Notes: generated from the sequence alone by a model not told the origin. Positions 1-8,072 are shown, numbered from the stretch's first letter. The stretch is 39,144 nucleotides of DNA from a virus (IMGVR_UViG_3300042923_000511:1-39144); one strand, 5' to 3'. Translations and numbers: made by a program.

Positions 1-300
1 ACTTTCCTCACCACCTATAAACTGGGTTACATAGTAGCCGCCTGAATTTGGAACAACATTCGTAAATGTATATGTTGTATCGGTTACATCTGGCGCTGTT
101 AGTTGCAAGATTCCACCTGTCCATAAATAAAGTTTTAAAGTAGCTCCACTGGTAAAATTGCTTACAATAATACTCTCAGTTCCTGCTGCTGCTACCGGTG
201 GCGTTACTTCTGCCATTACTTTAGCCGGGCTGCTTGAAATAGCAAATAAAACTACGATCAATAAAAATGCCGTTATCTTTTTTTGTAGCATAGATTTCAT
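1..300 (-). CDS. Host secreted or surface protein, N-terminal 100 aa (runs off the window; not in the ORF track)
   Basis: Open frame from ATG 300 (or 291) to the window edge: MKSMLQKKITAFLLIVVLFAISSSPAKVMAEVTPP...; looks like a Sec signal peptide followed by beta-rich sequence. Confidence 0.75.
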   Translation of the reverse strand, partial: MKSMLQKKITAFLLIVVLFAISSSPAKVMAEVTPPVAAAGTESIIVSNFTSGATLKLYLWTGGILQLTAPDVTDTTYTFTNVVPNSGGYYVTQFIGGEES

Positions 301-715
301 CCTCACATTATATAGTAGTAGTGTTTATCGTCCCTCTCCAAGGACTTTATCCTCTGTATAAATTGGCTGTTTATTCTGCCTCTACTATAGTTTATTCTAG
401 CATAAGCAGCTTACAAATTTTTTACAAGTAACCATCTATTTTACATATCTGGTGTTCATTTCTTATATATACTTATTTCTGGTAAATCTTGCTCTTTCAG
501 TTTTTTGTTAAGCCAATTATAATGTAACTAAAAACCAATGCTAGGAGTAATTCTATTCCATGGATAAATCTACCATTAGTTCTATTTACATTATAATACA
601 TTAAGCTATAAACCGCAATTGTAACTTATTCTTAACTCTTTTTCATAGTTAATAAAGCCAATATGTTGATACTGGCTAATTCTGCTTCCTTAACCAAATT
701 CCCTTTTCTTTTTAT

Positions 716-764
716 AAAAAAAGAACCGCAAAAGATCAGCATATGCTAAATCAATTACGGTTCT
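716..764 (-). terminator. Probable host intrinsic terminator
   Basis: Stem AGAACCG...CGGTTCT followed by T7 on the minus strand. Confidence 0.5.
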
Positions 765-987
765 GCTATAAATTATGAACACCCTCACATAGAAAAAAAA
801 CGAATCTTTCTTGTAAACTTCTGTCTTTCTCTACGTCTTAAGCTGTTTATACATTACACATGAGAACGCCAAGAAATGCTACCACTTTCTGCATACGGAT
901 CATATCTGCCGGGTTACTACTAACTCCTCTATCTTTCTGAAAACCTCCCAAAGTGCGTAAATTCAAGAGTTTCTACATACGAATCGT

Positions 988-1044
988 CTATGATTCGTTT
1001 TTCACCCTTTGTAGACAACAGACCGTCTCCACGTGCACACTATG
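988..1044 (-). pseudogene. Displaced original 3' end of rlmD (HSVHVETVCCLQRVKNES*)
   Basis: Encodes the same HSVHVETV motif as the rlmD C-terminus at 38292-38269; lies just outside the left prophage boundary. Confidence 0.75.
1025..1044. repeat. Prophage att core, left copy (GTCTCCACGTGCACACTATG)
   Basis: 19/20 identical direct repeat of 38273-38292 (GTCTCCACATGCACACTATG). Confidence 0.9.
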
Positions 1045-1191
1045 TGTATACCATATAATTATTAGTTTCTTGTGGTTATTTTTAGTATTATATAATTATT
1101 TAAATTATAGCGCAAAAACGATACAATGCAATATATCGTTATTTATGGTATTCTATAGTATATATAGCAAATGCTGTTGGTGTGTGAAGAA

Positions 1192-1219
1192 TGTAGACAA
1201 AATGTAAGCGTTGCCAACA
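1192..1219. repeat. Putative integrase arm-type sites, left end
   Basis: TGTAGACAAA (1192) and TTGCCAACA (1211) resemble GGTAGGCAAA, CGTTGGCATA and TGTAGACAGT at 38168-38246. Confidence 0.5.
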
Positions 1220-1227
1220 TTAAAAGC

Positions 1228-1252
1228 TTAGCCACCTAATACAGGTGGCTAA
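1228..1252 (-). terminator. Terminator after the SOS-boxed ORF
   Basis: Perfect 10-bp stem TTAGCCACCT-aatac-AGGTGGCTAA directly after the stop at 1257. Confidence 0.7.
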
Positions 1253-1256
1253 TTAA

Positions 1257-1463
1257 TTACACTACGATATTTGATAATTTGTCTCTGTCCATAAATCCAC
1301 ATTTGTAGCATTCAATCATAGTCGTTATAAAAAGGTCGTCTGGCTCATTATGCATCCCAACATTCTTAGCCTTTTCACGCACATTTTCTTCCGCGATCTT
1401 GCACCTCCATGCAATGAATTTTGCGTATTCTTCTTGCAAACCTTTCTCCATCCTATTAACCAT
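1257..1463 (-). CDS. Small hypothetical protein (about 68 aa; alternative start 1451), LexA-regulated
   Basis: Lies between a consensus promoter with an SOS box and a terminator; purine-rich RBS. The longer 1589 start in the ORF track runs through the promoter. Confidence 0.65.
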   Translation of the reverse strand: MVNRMEKGLQEEYAKFIAWRCKIAEENVREKAKNVGMHNEPDDLFITTMIECYKCGFMDRDKLSNIVV

Positions 1464-1502
1464 TCCTTTCTCGACCCTCTTTCGTTCATTCCTTGTAGAA
1501 AT

Positions 1503-1531
1503 ATTATAGAACATGTGTTCTATTTTTGCAA
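1503..1531 (-). promoter_or_regulatory. sigma-A promoter with a LexA/DinR box in the spacer
   Basis: TTGCAA-17nt-TATAAT; GAAC-N4-GTTC (GAACATGTGTTC, 1509-1520) matches the Firmicutes SOS box. Confidence 0.85.
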
Positions 1532-1743
1532 TACTTTTTCGTAATTTTTGTTTACTATTTAAGTATAAAACAGGACCATGTTTTTGCAAGAGTTTTATGT
1601 AAATTTAACCATGGTAAATAATGGTATGTTTTCCGTATTTTACTATTTACAATCTAGTTATACCCATTTTGTCGCCTTGTAATTTACAATATATCTGTCT
1701 TATAGATATATTATCTTGCATCAAGATATTAGTTTGCTAAGTA

Positions 1744-1772
1744 TTGATTGACATATACTGGTATGCTATCAT
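1744..1772 (+). promoter_or_regulatory. Putative promoter of the XRE gene
   Basis: TTGATT-17nt-TATCAT with a TG extended -10; palindromes at 1688-1712 and 1712-1728 lie upstream. Confidence 0.45.
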
Positions 1773-1791
1773 TCATTAGAGGTGTGATTGC

Positions 1792-2079
1792 ATGTACGAT
1801 AAAGTTAGTTTAGGTAATAAAATATACATAGCACGTAAAAATAAAGGGTTAAAGCAAAGTGATATTTGCCAGGCAATAAATATAGGCCAGTCCGCTTTTT
1901 CCGACCTGGAAACTGGCAAGCGAGAAATAACTTTAACAGAACTATATAAATTGGCTGATGCTCTGGATGCTCCGATATCATGGTTGTTAGGTATTAATTT
2001 AGACAACGCGTTAACAGCAACGGAAATGTTAAAATTGGAAGAGTTTCGGCAGTATCTTATAAATATTCGGAAAAAATAA
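1792..2079 (+). CDS. XRE-family HTH transcriptional regulator
   Basis: LGNKIYIARKNKGLKQSDICQAINIGQSAFSDLETGKREI is an HTH_3 pattern; RBS GAGGTG. Confidence 0.9.
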   Translation: MYDKVSLGNKIYIARKNKGLKQSDICQAINIGQSAFSDLETGKREITLTELYKLADALDAPISWLLGINLDNALTATEMLKLEEFRQYLINIRKK

Positions 2080-2083
2080 CATT

Positions 2084-2117
2084 ACCCTGGCTTATTCAAG
2101 CAGGGTTTTATTTTTTA
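2084..2117 (+). terminator. Intrinsic terminator
   Basis: ACCCTG-g-CTT-attc-AAG-CAGGGT followed by a T-rich tract. Confidence 0.7.
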
Positions 2118-2136
2118 TTATATTCTAAAGAAAGTA

Positions 2137-2165
2137 TTGCATGATTTTGTATGTAATGGTATTAT
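2137..2165 (+). promoter_or_regulatory. sigma-A promoter of the MBL hydrolase/DUF3006 operon
   Basis: TTGCAT-17nt-TATTAT with a TG extended -10; RBS AAGGAGG downstream. Confidence 0.65.
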
Positions 2166-2195
2166 TTTACTTATAAATAACTAAGGAGGAATATA

Positions 2196-3191
2196 ATGAA
2201 ATCAATTAAAAGGGTAAGCGCATTATTATTAATCTTTGCAATAGCAATAGTATCTGTTTTCAGTATACAGGTTTTTGCATCGTCTAACACAATGAAAGTA
2301 CATTATATTGATGTCGGACAAGGAGATGCGGTTTTGATTGAATCAAATAGCAAATATATGCTTATAGATGCGGGGAGAGAAAAAAATACTGTTGCTGACT
2401 ACTTGAAAAAGCAGAAAATTAAAAAGTTAGATTATTTAATTTTAACACATCCAGATGCAGATCATATAGGTGGCTCAATCAGTATAGTAAATAATTACAC
2501 CATAGGCAAAATTATAATGCCTAATAAGTCGCACACAAGCAAAACATATGAAAACCTGCTTTTAGCAATTAAAAAGAAAGGTCTTAAAATTACCAAGCCT
2601 AAAGTTGGAACTGAATATGAAATTGGGGACGCAGAGTTTACAATTATTGCACCGAATAAAACTTACAGTGATAATAATAATTCTTCGATTGGGCTTAAGC
2701 TTGAAAATGGAGATACCAGTTTTTTATTTGTTGGAGATGCAGAAGAAAAGGCTATTAATGATATAATCAAGAATAAAATTGATATAAGTGCAGATGTACT
2801 CATGGTAGGACATCATGGTTCCGATTCCAGTACGACCGAAGAATTAATTGATGCTGTAGACCCTGATAGTGCAGTTATATCTGTTGGCAAAAACAACTAC
2901 GGGCACCCTACTGATTCGGTGCTTGATATGTTATCTAACCATGGCGTTGATATTTATCGTACTGACGAAAGCAGGACCATTATTGCAACGAGCAACGGAA
3001 AGAGTGTCGCAATAGATGCGGACATTTTCGAACACGAGGCAATTGAAAATGACAGCCAAATTGTATATGTAACAAAAACAGGTAAAAAATATCATCGTGA
3101 GAATTGCTCTGCGCTGAAAAGTAAAATAGAGACTACTTTAGATGATGTATTAAGTAAAGGCTTGACACCATGTGAAATATGCAATCCATAG
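2196..3191 (+). CDS. Secreted ComEC/Rec2-like metallo-beta-lactamase-fold hydrolase with a C-terminal Cys/His Zn-binding motif
   Basis: Signal peptide ending VFA; IDVGQGDA, THPDADHIGG, GD, HHGS and YGHP motifs; C-terminal VYVTKTGKKYH..C..PCEICNP. Confidence 0.9.
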   Translation: MKSIKRVSALLLIFAIAIVSVFSIQVFASSNTMKVHYIDVGQGDAVLIESNSKYMLIDAGREKNTVADYLKKQKIKKLDYLILTHPDADHIGGSISIVNNYTIGKIIMPNKSHTSKTYENLLLAIKKKGLKITKPKVGTEYEIGDAEFTIIAPNKTYSDNNNSSIGLKLENGDTSFLFVGDAEEKAINDIIKNKIDISADVLMVGHHGSDSSTTEELIDAVDPDSAVISVGKNNYGHPTDSVLDMLSNHGVDIYRTDESRTIIATSNGKSVAIDADIFEHEAIENDSQIVYVTKTGKKYHRENCSALKSKIETTLDDVLSKGLTPCEICNP

Positions 3192-3204
3192 GAGATGTTT
3201 AGTT

Positions 3205-3417
3205 ATGAAAGCTATAATTGATAGGTTCGAAGGAAAATATGCTGTGCTTGAATTAGAAGATGGAACGATGCAAGATATTGAAAGAATAAAGATTCCGCAA
3301 GAATCAAAAGAGGGAGATTGTTTAACGATATCTGTTGATAAGATTGAGATAGATATATCAGAAACAAACCAAAGGAGAGATAGTATTAAAAAGTTAATGA
3401 ACGAATTATTTGAATAA
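3205..3417 (+). CDS. DUF3006-family protein
   Basis: MKAIIDRFEGKYAVLE...EGD...LFE pattern; usual partner of this MBL family; start moved to ATG 3205 (RBS GGAG). Confidence 0.85.
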   Translation: MKAIIDRFEGKYAVLELEDGTMQDIERIKIPQESKEGDCLTISVDKIEIDISETNQRRDSIKKLMNELFE

Positions 3418-3457
3418 AAAATAACCCCACCGCCGATTAAGGTAGTGGGGTATTCTT
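3416..3457. terminator. Terminator between the convergent DUF3006 and endolysin genes
   Basis: ACCCCACCGCC-gattaa-GGTAGTGGGGT stem with A/T tracts. Confidence 0.75.
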
Positions 3458-3458
3458 A

Positions 3459-4001
3459 TCATCCTATTCCATCTGCGATTAATTTGGCCAAGTAGCCTTT
3501 ATGCAGTCTCGCATAATGCCATTCTTTCTTATTGGTACAAAAGTAAGTTTCTAGCATAATACACACTGGCTTCGTTTGTGACAACATATAAAGGTTTGTC
3601 CTTAACTTTATCCCTCTATTATCAAAAACCTTGCTTAAATTAGCTTGTACGCGTTTTGCATAAGCCTCGCCTTTTTCTGATATGTATAATACTTCGGCGC
3701 CTTTTGCGTTAGAGTTATCGGATGCGTTTAGGTGTAGTTCAATAATCAGATCATAAGCATTTTCTTCATCGTTGACAATGTCTAATTTGTAGTTTTTTTC
3801 TTGCGTGGATTTTGTAAATTTCTTCTCTGGGCAAATGACAACATCTACCTCGTGACCGTTTTTACGCAATGCTTTCGAGAGATATTTTGAAAATGTCTTA
3901 TTGAACTTATATTCATTGCCACCGCCAAACCTGGTACCGTCTGCAGATGTGATGGCTCCTGATTTGAGGATGGAGTGCCCTACTGTTAATGCTATTTTCA
4001 T
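3459..4001 (-). CDS. Endolysin, N-acetylmuramoyl-L-alanine amidase (Amidase_3), catalytic domain only
   Basis: VGH, E, ELHLNA and MLETYF motifs; follows the holins. Confidence 0.9.
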   Translation of the reverse strand: MKIALTVGHSILKSGAITSADGTRFGGGNEYKFNKTFSKYLSKALRKNGHEVDVVICPEKKFTKSTQEKNYKLDIVNDEENAYDLIIELHLNASDNSNAKGAEVLYISEKGEAYAKRVQANLSKVFDNRGIKLRTNLYMLSQTKPVCIMLETYFCTNKKEWHYARLHKGYLAKLIADGIG

Positions 4002-4003
4002 TG

Positions 4004-4186
4004 TTATTCACCATCCTTTTTCTTCTCTGTTTGAGTGCCAAAATAAAAAGCAATAATTGTAGTAAAAATCATTAAAAACTGCTCTCCTGTGATATCTCCG
4101 CGCACAGATAAAAACGCGAATATTCCAGTTAATGCAATAGTAATAATTGATTTTACGTTAATTAATTTTGATAATTTTTCTTTCAT
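4004..4186 (-). CDS. Holin (two TM helices)
   Basis: KLINVKSIITI...IIAFYFGTQ; lysis-cassette position. Confidence 0.75.
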   Translation of the reverse strand: MKEKLSKLINVKSIITIALTGIFAFLSVRGDITGEQFLMIFTTIIAFYFGTQTEKKKDGE

Positions 4187-4188
4187 GG

Positions 4189-4431
4189 TTACTTCTCCTT
4201 TTCTTCCAAATCCTTGATTCGGTTATTGGCTACTTTGATTTGTTCGTCTGTGACCGCTTGTCGTTCTTCCAGTTTAAACGTGCGCTCGATTATATTGTTA
4301 TGCTTATTTACCTTGTTCTCTAGCTCTTGGATGCGATAAGCAATTAATTTATTACTGGCCTTTACCCCCATGTAAGACCCACCCAAGGTACCTACAAGAC
4401 TTATTACTGCAACTATAATTGTATCTGACAT
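4189..4431 (-). CDS. Holin-like membrane protein (N-terminal TM plus coiled coil)
   Basis: IIVAVISLVGTLGG...YRIQELENKVNKHNNIIERT; lysis-cassette position. Confidence 0.65.
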   Translation of the reverse strand: MSDTIIVAVISLVGTLGGSYMGVKASNKLIAYRIQELENKVNKHNNIIERTFKLEERQAVTDEQIKVANNRIKDLEEKEK

Positions 4432-4477
4432 TTATCTACCTCTCATCATGTGAATTTTAAAAAGAGCCATAAACGGA

Positions 4478-6061
4478 TTAATAAACTCCACCTAATCGGC
4501 TCTGTATAAATACTCTTAATATAATATCTGCTTCAACCCTTGCTGCCATGTTTGGATATATTTCTATTTCGTGTCTTCCTCTTGCGACTTTTCCATCTGT
4601 ATCTTTTGATAAATATGAAACGATATTTAGTCTGTCTGCACTAGTTCCTGTAAAGTCCACTGTGTTACCATCCACTTTTATAGTTACGCTCGTGATATTT
4701 ACTTCATACTCAACTATTCCTATTTTGGCAAAGTGCGTATGCCCTGGAATTGTTATTCCATGTGAGTGCGAAGATGGAGTGCCGCTAACAGTTGTGCTAT
4801 CGGTTGAAATTGATTGATTTTCAGTTTCTATAATTCCAAAATCACCGCGAAATTTCTTTGTTCGGAAAGTTAGTTCACAAGTATTTACGTTTACAACATC
4901 GTTATCAATAATAAAGGGAATGTAAGCAGGAATTAAATTATCGCAGTTGTCTTGGTAAGTAAAATTATACATATTTGTAGCACCTTGACTATACGCTTCA
5001 TTGACTTGTTGCTTACGCTCCAATTCAGCTTGGGTAGTTGCAATGCTAGAAATTTTATTATTTATCTGATATGAAACTTCATATTCTTTCGATAAATCAG
5101 ATATTTTTTCGCCTACGATTCTAGCCGAATATTCTTTATCTTCAACTATGATTCTAGTTACTGTATTTAACATTCTTCTTTCGTGTGCGTATTCAGGCAA
5201 TATTGATAAATCAGCACCGTTCACACTAAATGATATTTTAGGCTCTTTCCATTGGTTAAGAAGTGCTTGCGCTTTGGCTTTTAATGTTGTAGCGTCTTCC
5301 ATGCTTTTATCAATCCAAATATAAGACCGCTTACCCCATTTGGTTATAGATGCATCATCTTTTAAATATTTTTGTCCACTATTGACACGTTCGATTGTTA
5401 ATTGATTTACGCCCTCGCCAAACCCTTTTGGTATTAAATAATTTACAATATCGGTTGGGTCTGATATGTTGTTAAAATCCAACATGTCCTTGCCCCATCT
5501 GATTTCGGATTTAACATCATCGGATACCGCCTTTAGATTTAATACCCACGGATAAACAGTGGTATCATATGTAAACTCATAAGGCATATTAAAGGCTATT
5601 GGGATGCTCAATATTGGAGCTAACAGACCATTTTCATTTTCGAAAGAATACTCATAAAAATAATTAAAATCACATTCACCTAATACCCAACGTTCCGTTT
5701 CCTGCAGATTTAAAATGTTCTGTATGACTTGTGATGTCGAATATCCGCTATATTGAAAATATCCATCCATGACATCGTCTAACAATGTAGATATAACATG
5801 TTCACACGAGTATGTTATGCTTTCATTGCTTGCATTTTTTACGGTTTCTGTAGGCATAATACGGTATAGTCCGTAATTTCTTCTGCTGTCACCAATAGCC
5901 TCAATATAATTTAGATGGCTACACAACTCATTTTTTATATCGTTAAGCGGTAGACTAAAAGAAAATTGCCATACCTCATTCACATTTCTTTCTGTTGGAG
6001 TATCGAACGCATTTTCTAAAATACCTATATCATTCACATTCGTATCTTTTACTACAATCAA
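4478..6061 (-). CDS. Tail tip/baseplate hub protein (Tal, prophage-tail family)
   Basis: GILENAF...FSLPLND, IRWGKDM and PKGFGEG motifs; start moved to TTG 6061 after RBS AGGGGTGA. Confidence 0.8.
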   Translation of the reverse strand: MIVVKDTNVNDIGILENAFDTPTERNVNEVWQFSFSLPLNDIKNELCSHLNYIEAIGDSRRNYGLYRIMPTETVKNASNESITYSCEHVISTLLDDVMDGYFQYSGYSTSQVIQNILNLQETERWVLGECDFNYFYEYSFENENGLLAPILSIPIAFNMPYEFTYDTTVYPWVLNLKAVSDDVKSEIRWGKDMLDFNNISDPTDIVNYLIPKGFGEGVNQLTIERVNSGQKYLKDDASITKWGKRSYIWIDKSMEDATTLKAKAQALLNQWKEPKISFSVNGADLSILPEYAHERRMLNTVTRIIVEDKEYSARIVGEKISDLSKEYEVSYQINNKISSIATTQAELERKQQVNEAYSQGATNMYNFTYQDNCDNLIPAYIPFIIDNDVVNVNTCELTFRTKKFRGDFGIIETENQSISTDSTTVSGTPSSHSHGITIPGHTHFAKIGIVEYEVNITSVTIKVDGNTVDFTGTSADRLNIVSYLSKDTDGKVARGRHEIEIYPNMAARVEADIILRVFIQSRLGGVY

Positions 6062-6081
6062 TTCATCACCCCTTTTCAATT

Positions 6082-6112
6082 AAAAAGAGACTACCTGTTA
6101 AGATAATCTCTT
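6082..6112 (-). terminator. Intrinsic terminator inside the tail operon, after the SGNH tail-fibre gene
   Basis: Minus strand AAGAGATTATCT-taac-AGGTAGTCTCTT (12 bp, 2 G-U pairs) running into TTTTT. Confidence 0.75.
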
Positions 6113-6138
6113 GTGTCGCAATATGTTCCGATTGTTAA

Positions 6139-7983
6139 TTAAAGTTTTACTACTTTTAAACTCGGTGTGATTTTTGGCGTTACACCACCCACCGTAATGT
6201 ATACTCTAATATAATCATCTTTGTTTAATGATAATATATCGTGTAAATCTACGGTTTTGCTTTGAGTTCCTATAGCAGAAGATATCTTGTCATAAACATA
6301 CTTTTTGTTCATGCTTCCATTCACTTCTAGCCTTACAACTATGTCTGCATTTTCGGTTGCAATAACCTTCATTGTAAACAAAATATCGTATACGCCAGAT
6401 TTTGCAAACGTAAACGTTCCAGAACTTACCGTTAGGAGTTTTGTATCATCCACTCTGCTATTTGTAATTAATAGATATGGAGAGCCACTTGTTAATGTTT
6501 GTTCAACCGATTGATACACCCATGCAAAATCAACAAAAATAGGAATGTTTTTATCAGGGAAAGATTGTGTGTTTTTATATATTATAGCTTGTATATGTAG
6601 TAATGTGTTTGATGAACTAGCATTTTTTGTTGATTGATTAATTATCTTTAATGTATGTTTACCAGGTGTTAATTTGTAAGTTATTGAATTTCTAAAAACT
6701 GTAGAAGGATTATATGTATCAACTAAAGTTTGTGATACCCCATCGATTTCTGCGACAAATTGCCCTAATGCTGCACCAGAAGTATATACAATGGTTACTT
6801 CCTCCCCATCAAATTCCGTCGAAACATAATTATTTGGTGAATTAAAATAAAAGAACTTGCCACCTATAGTACTAGGACTGGTTGTCTGTACAGCACCAGT
6901 ATTATAAACTTTAAATCCATCAAGGCCATTTAGCATATTATATAAACTTGAAGGTGTTTCAATGAAATCGGTTGGCACAAAATAAGGTTTAAACCATTCA
7001 GCTATATAAGTTTGTCCTAACTCATTCAAGTGTGTACCGTCTAAATTTATATCAGCTTGAACAATGCTACCATCAGCGAAAGAACTTTCAAACATAGAAT
7101 ATACATCATAAAATCCTAAATTGTATTTCCTTGCAGTTTCTTCTGTTATTTTATTAAAGCTTTCTAAGACTATATTTCTTGATTCATCCATTAATGGAGT
7201 TGAACTTCTCAATATAACATCAATATCGTTTGTAGACAAAATTTCTTTTATTAACTCTCCATAATACTGTCTGAATAATGATGTTGATATTGCCGCACCA
7301 CCGTCATTATCGTTCGTACCACTTGAAACAATTATTAGGTCAGGATTGTTTATAAGAACTGACGAATACAATCTATCCCACATTTGCTTAATATTATTTC
7401 CGCCAACTCCTGCATTAATTACTGTAACCAATCCCGGATACAAACCGTTTAACCATGTCTCTAATTGAGCAACGTGTCCATTTGCTACATAAAAATCATC
7501 TGTAATACTATCACCTAAAAATACTATTGTAACTGCTTCTCCGTTTTTTAATTTGTTTATGGTTCTGTTTGCGTGAAAAGTTCTTTTCTTTGTCACAAAA
7601 TCTGCCAATTGCGAATTAACTTTCGCATATTCTGTATCTAATCTTTCTTTTAAAACGCCATATGCAAATCCAGAAGCATCTACTCTTGCTTGCGCTGCCT
7701 CAACGGAAGAATCTCCATCTATTACAATTTGATTAAGTTGTGTTTGGGTAGATTCCGAATTAGCAAGTGCGGCATTTGCAGCATCTAAAGCAGTTTGTGA
7801 TTTCACGCTAGCTGATTCTGCTGTTGCAACCGCTTCTTCTGCATCTTGGATTATTGCGTTAATCTTATCTTTTCCTTCTGCAAGCGTGTCTGTTGTTAAT
7901 AATAAATTCGCCATTATAATATTCCCTCCTAACAAAAGTAGGAATACTATTGCAATAATAATTTTAATCGTTTTACTTTTCAT
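6139..7983 (-). CDS. Tail fibre/receptor-binding protein with SGNH (GDSL) esterase, beta-sandwich and C1q-like domains; two in-frame starts (7983 gives 614 aa with a hydrophobic leader; 7914 gives 591 aa)
   Basis: Phage fibre N-terminus (GDSSVEAAQARVDASG..LKERLD); SGNH blocks FLGDSIT, GVGG, GTND and DGTH; RBS AGGGGG before 7983 and AGGAGG before 7914. Confidence 0.8.
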   Translation of the reverse strand: MKSKTIKIIIAIVFLLLLGGNIIMANLLLTTDTLAEGKDKINAIIQDAEEAVATAESASVKSQTALDAANAALANSESTQTQLNQIVIDGDSSVEAAQARVDASGFAYGVLKERLDTEYAKVNSQLADFVTKKRTFHANRTINKLKNGEAVTIVFLGDSITDDFYVANGHVAQLETWLNGLYPGLVTVINAGVGGNNIKQMWDRLYSSVLINNPDLIIVSSGTNDNDGGAAISTSLFRQYYGELIKEILSTNDIDVILRSSTPLMDESRNIVLESFNKITEETARKYNLGFYDVYSMFESSFADGSIVQADINLDGTHLNELGQTYIAEWFKPYFVPTDFIETPSSLYNMLNGLDGFKVYNTGAVQTTSPSTIGGKFFYFNSPNNYVSTEFDGEEVTIVYTSGAALGQFVAEIDGVSQTLVDTYNPSTVFRNSITYKLTPGKHTLKIINQSTKNASSSNTLLHIQAIIYKNTQSFPDKNIPIFVDFAWVYQSVEQTLTSGSPYLLITNSRVDDTKLLTVSSGTFTFAKSGVYDILFTMKVIATENADIVVRLEVNGSMNKKYVYDKISSAIGTQSKTVDLHDILSLNKDDYIRVYITVGGVTPKITPSLKVVKL

Positions 7984-8007
7984 ATTTATATGCCCCCTAT
8001 ACTGTGA

Positions 8008-8036
8008 ATTATAGGACATCAGAATTAAAATTGCAA
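8008..8036 (-). promoter_or_regulatory. Internal sigma-A promoter for the SGNH tail-fibre gene
   Basis: TTGCAA (8036-8031), 17 nt, TATAAT (8013-8008), in the intergenic gap after dit. Confidence 0.75.
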
Positions 8037-8072
8037 TAATTTCCTTGTTGTATTATGTAAGTTTTTAAGTAT

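Noticed and set aside
158-361. 67-aa plus-strand ORF
   Set aside because: Shadow of the minus-strand secreted-protein gene (1-300).
300-700. Possible riboswitch upstream of the host secreted-protein gene
   Set aside because: No recognisable aptamer consensus (e.g. c-di-GMP) found by eye.
953-1207. 84-aa ORF
   Set aside because: Spans the att junction; no RBS and no recognisable protein.
1464-1589. N-terminal extension of the 110-aa ORF
   Set aside because: IEHMFYN is simply the translated LexA box and -10; the real start is downstream.
4440-4490. Possible terminator between tal and the holin genes
   Set aside because: A T-tract is present but the stem is too weak to call.
7984-8019. ATG 8019 start of the 626-aa ORF
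   Set aside because: Lies within the promoter spacer and has no SD.
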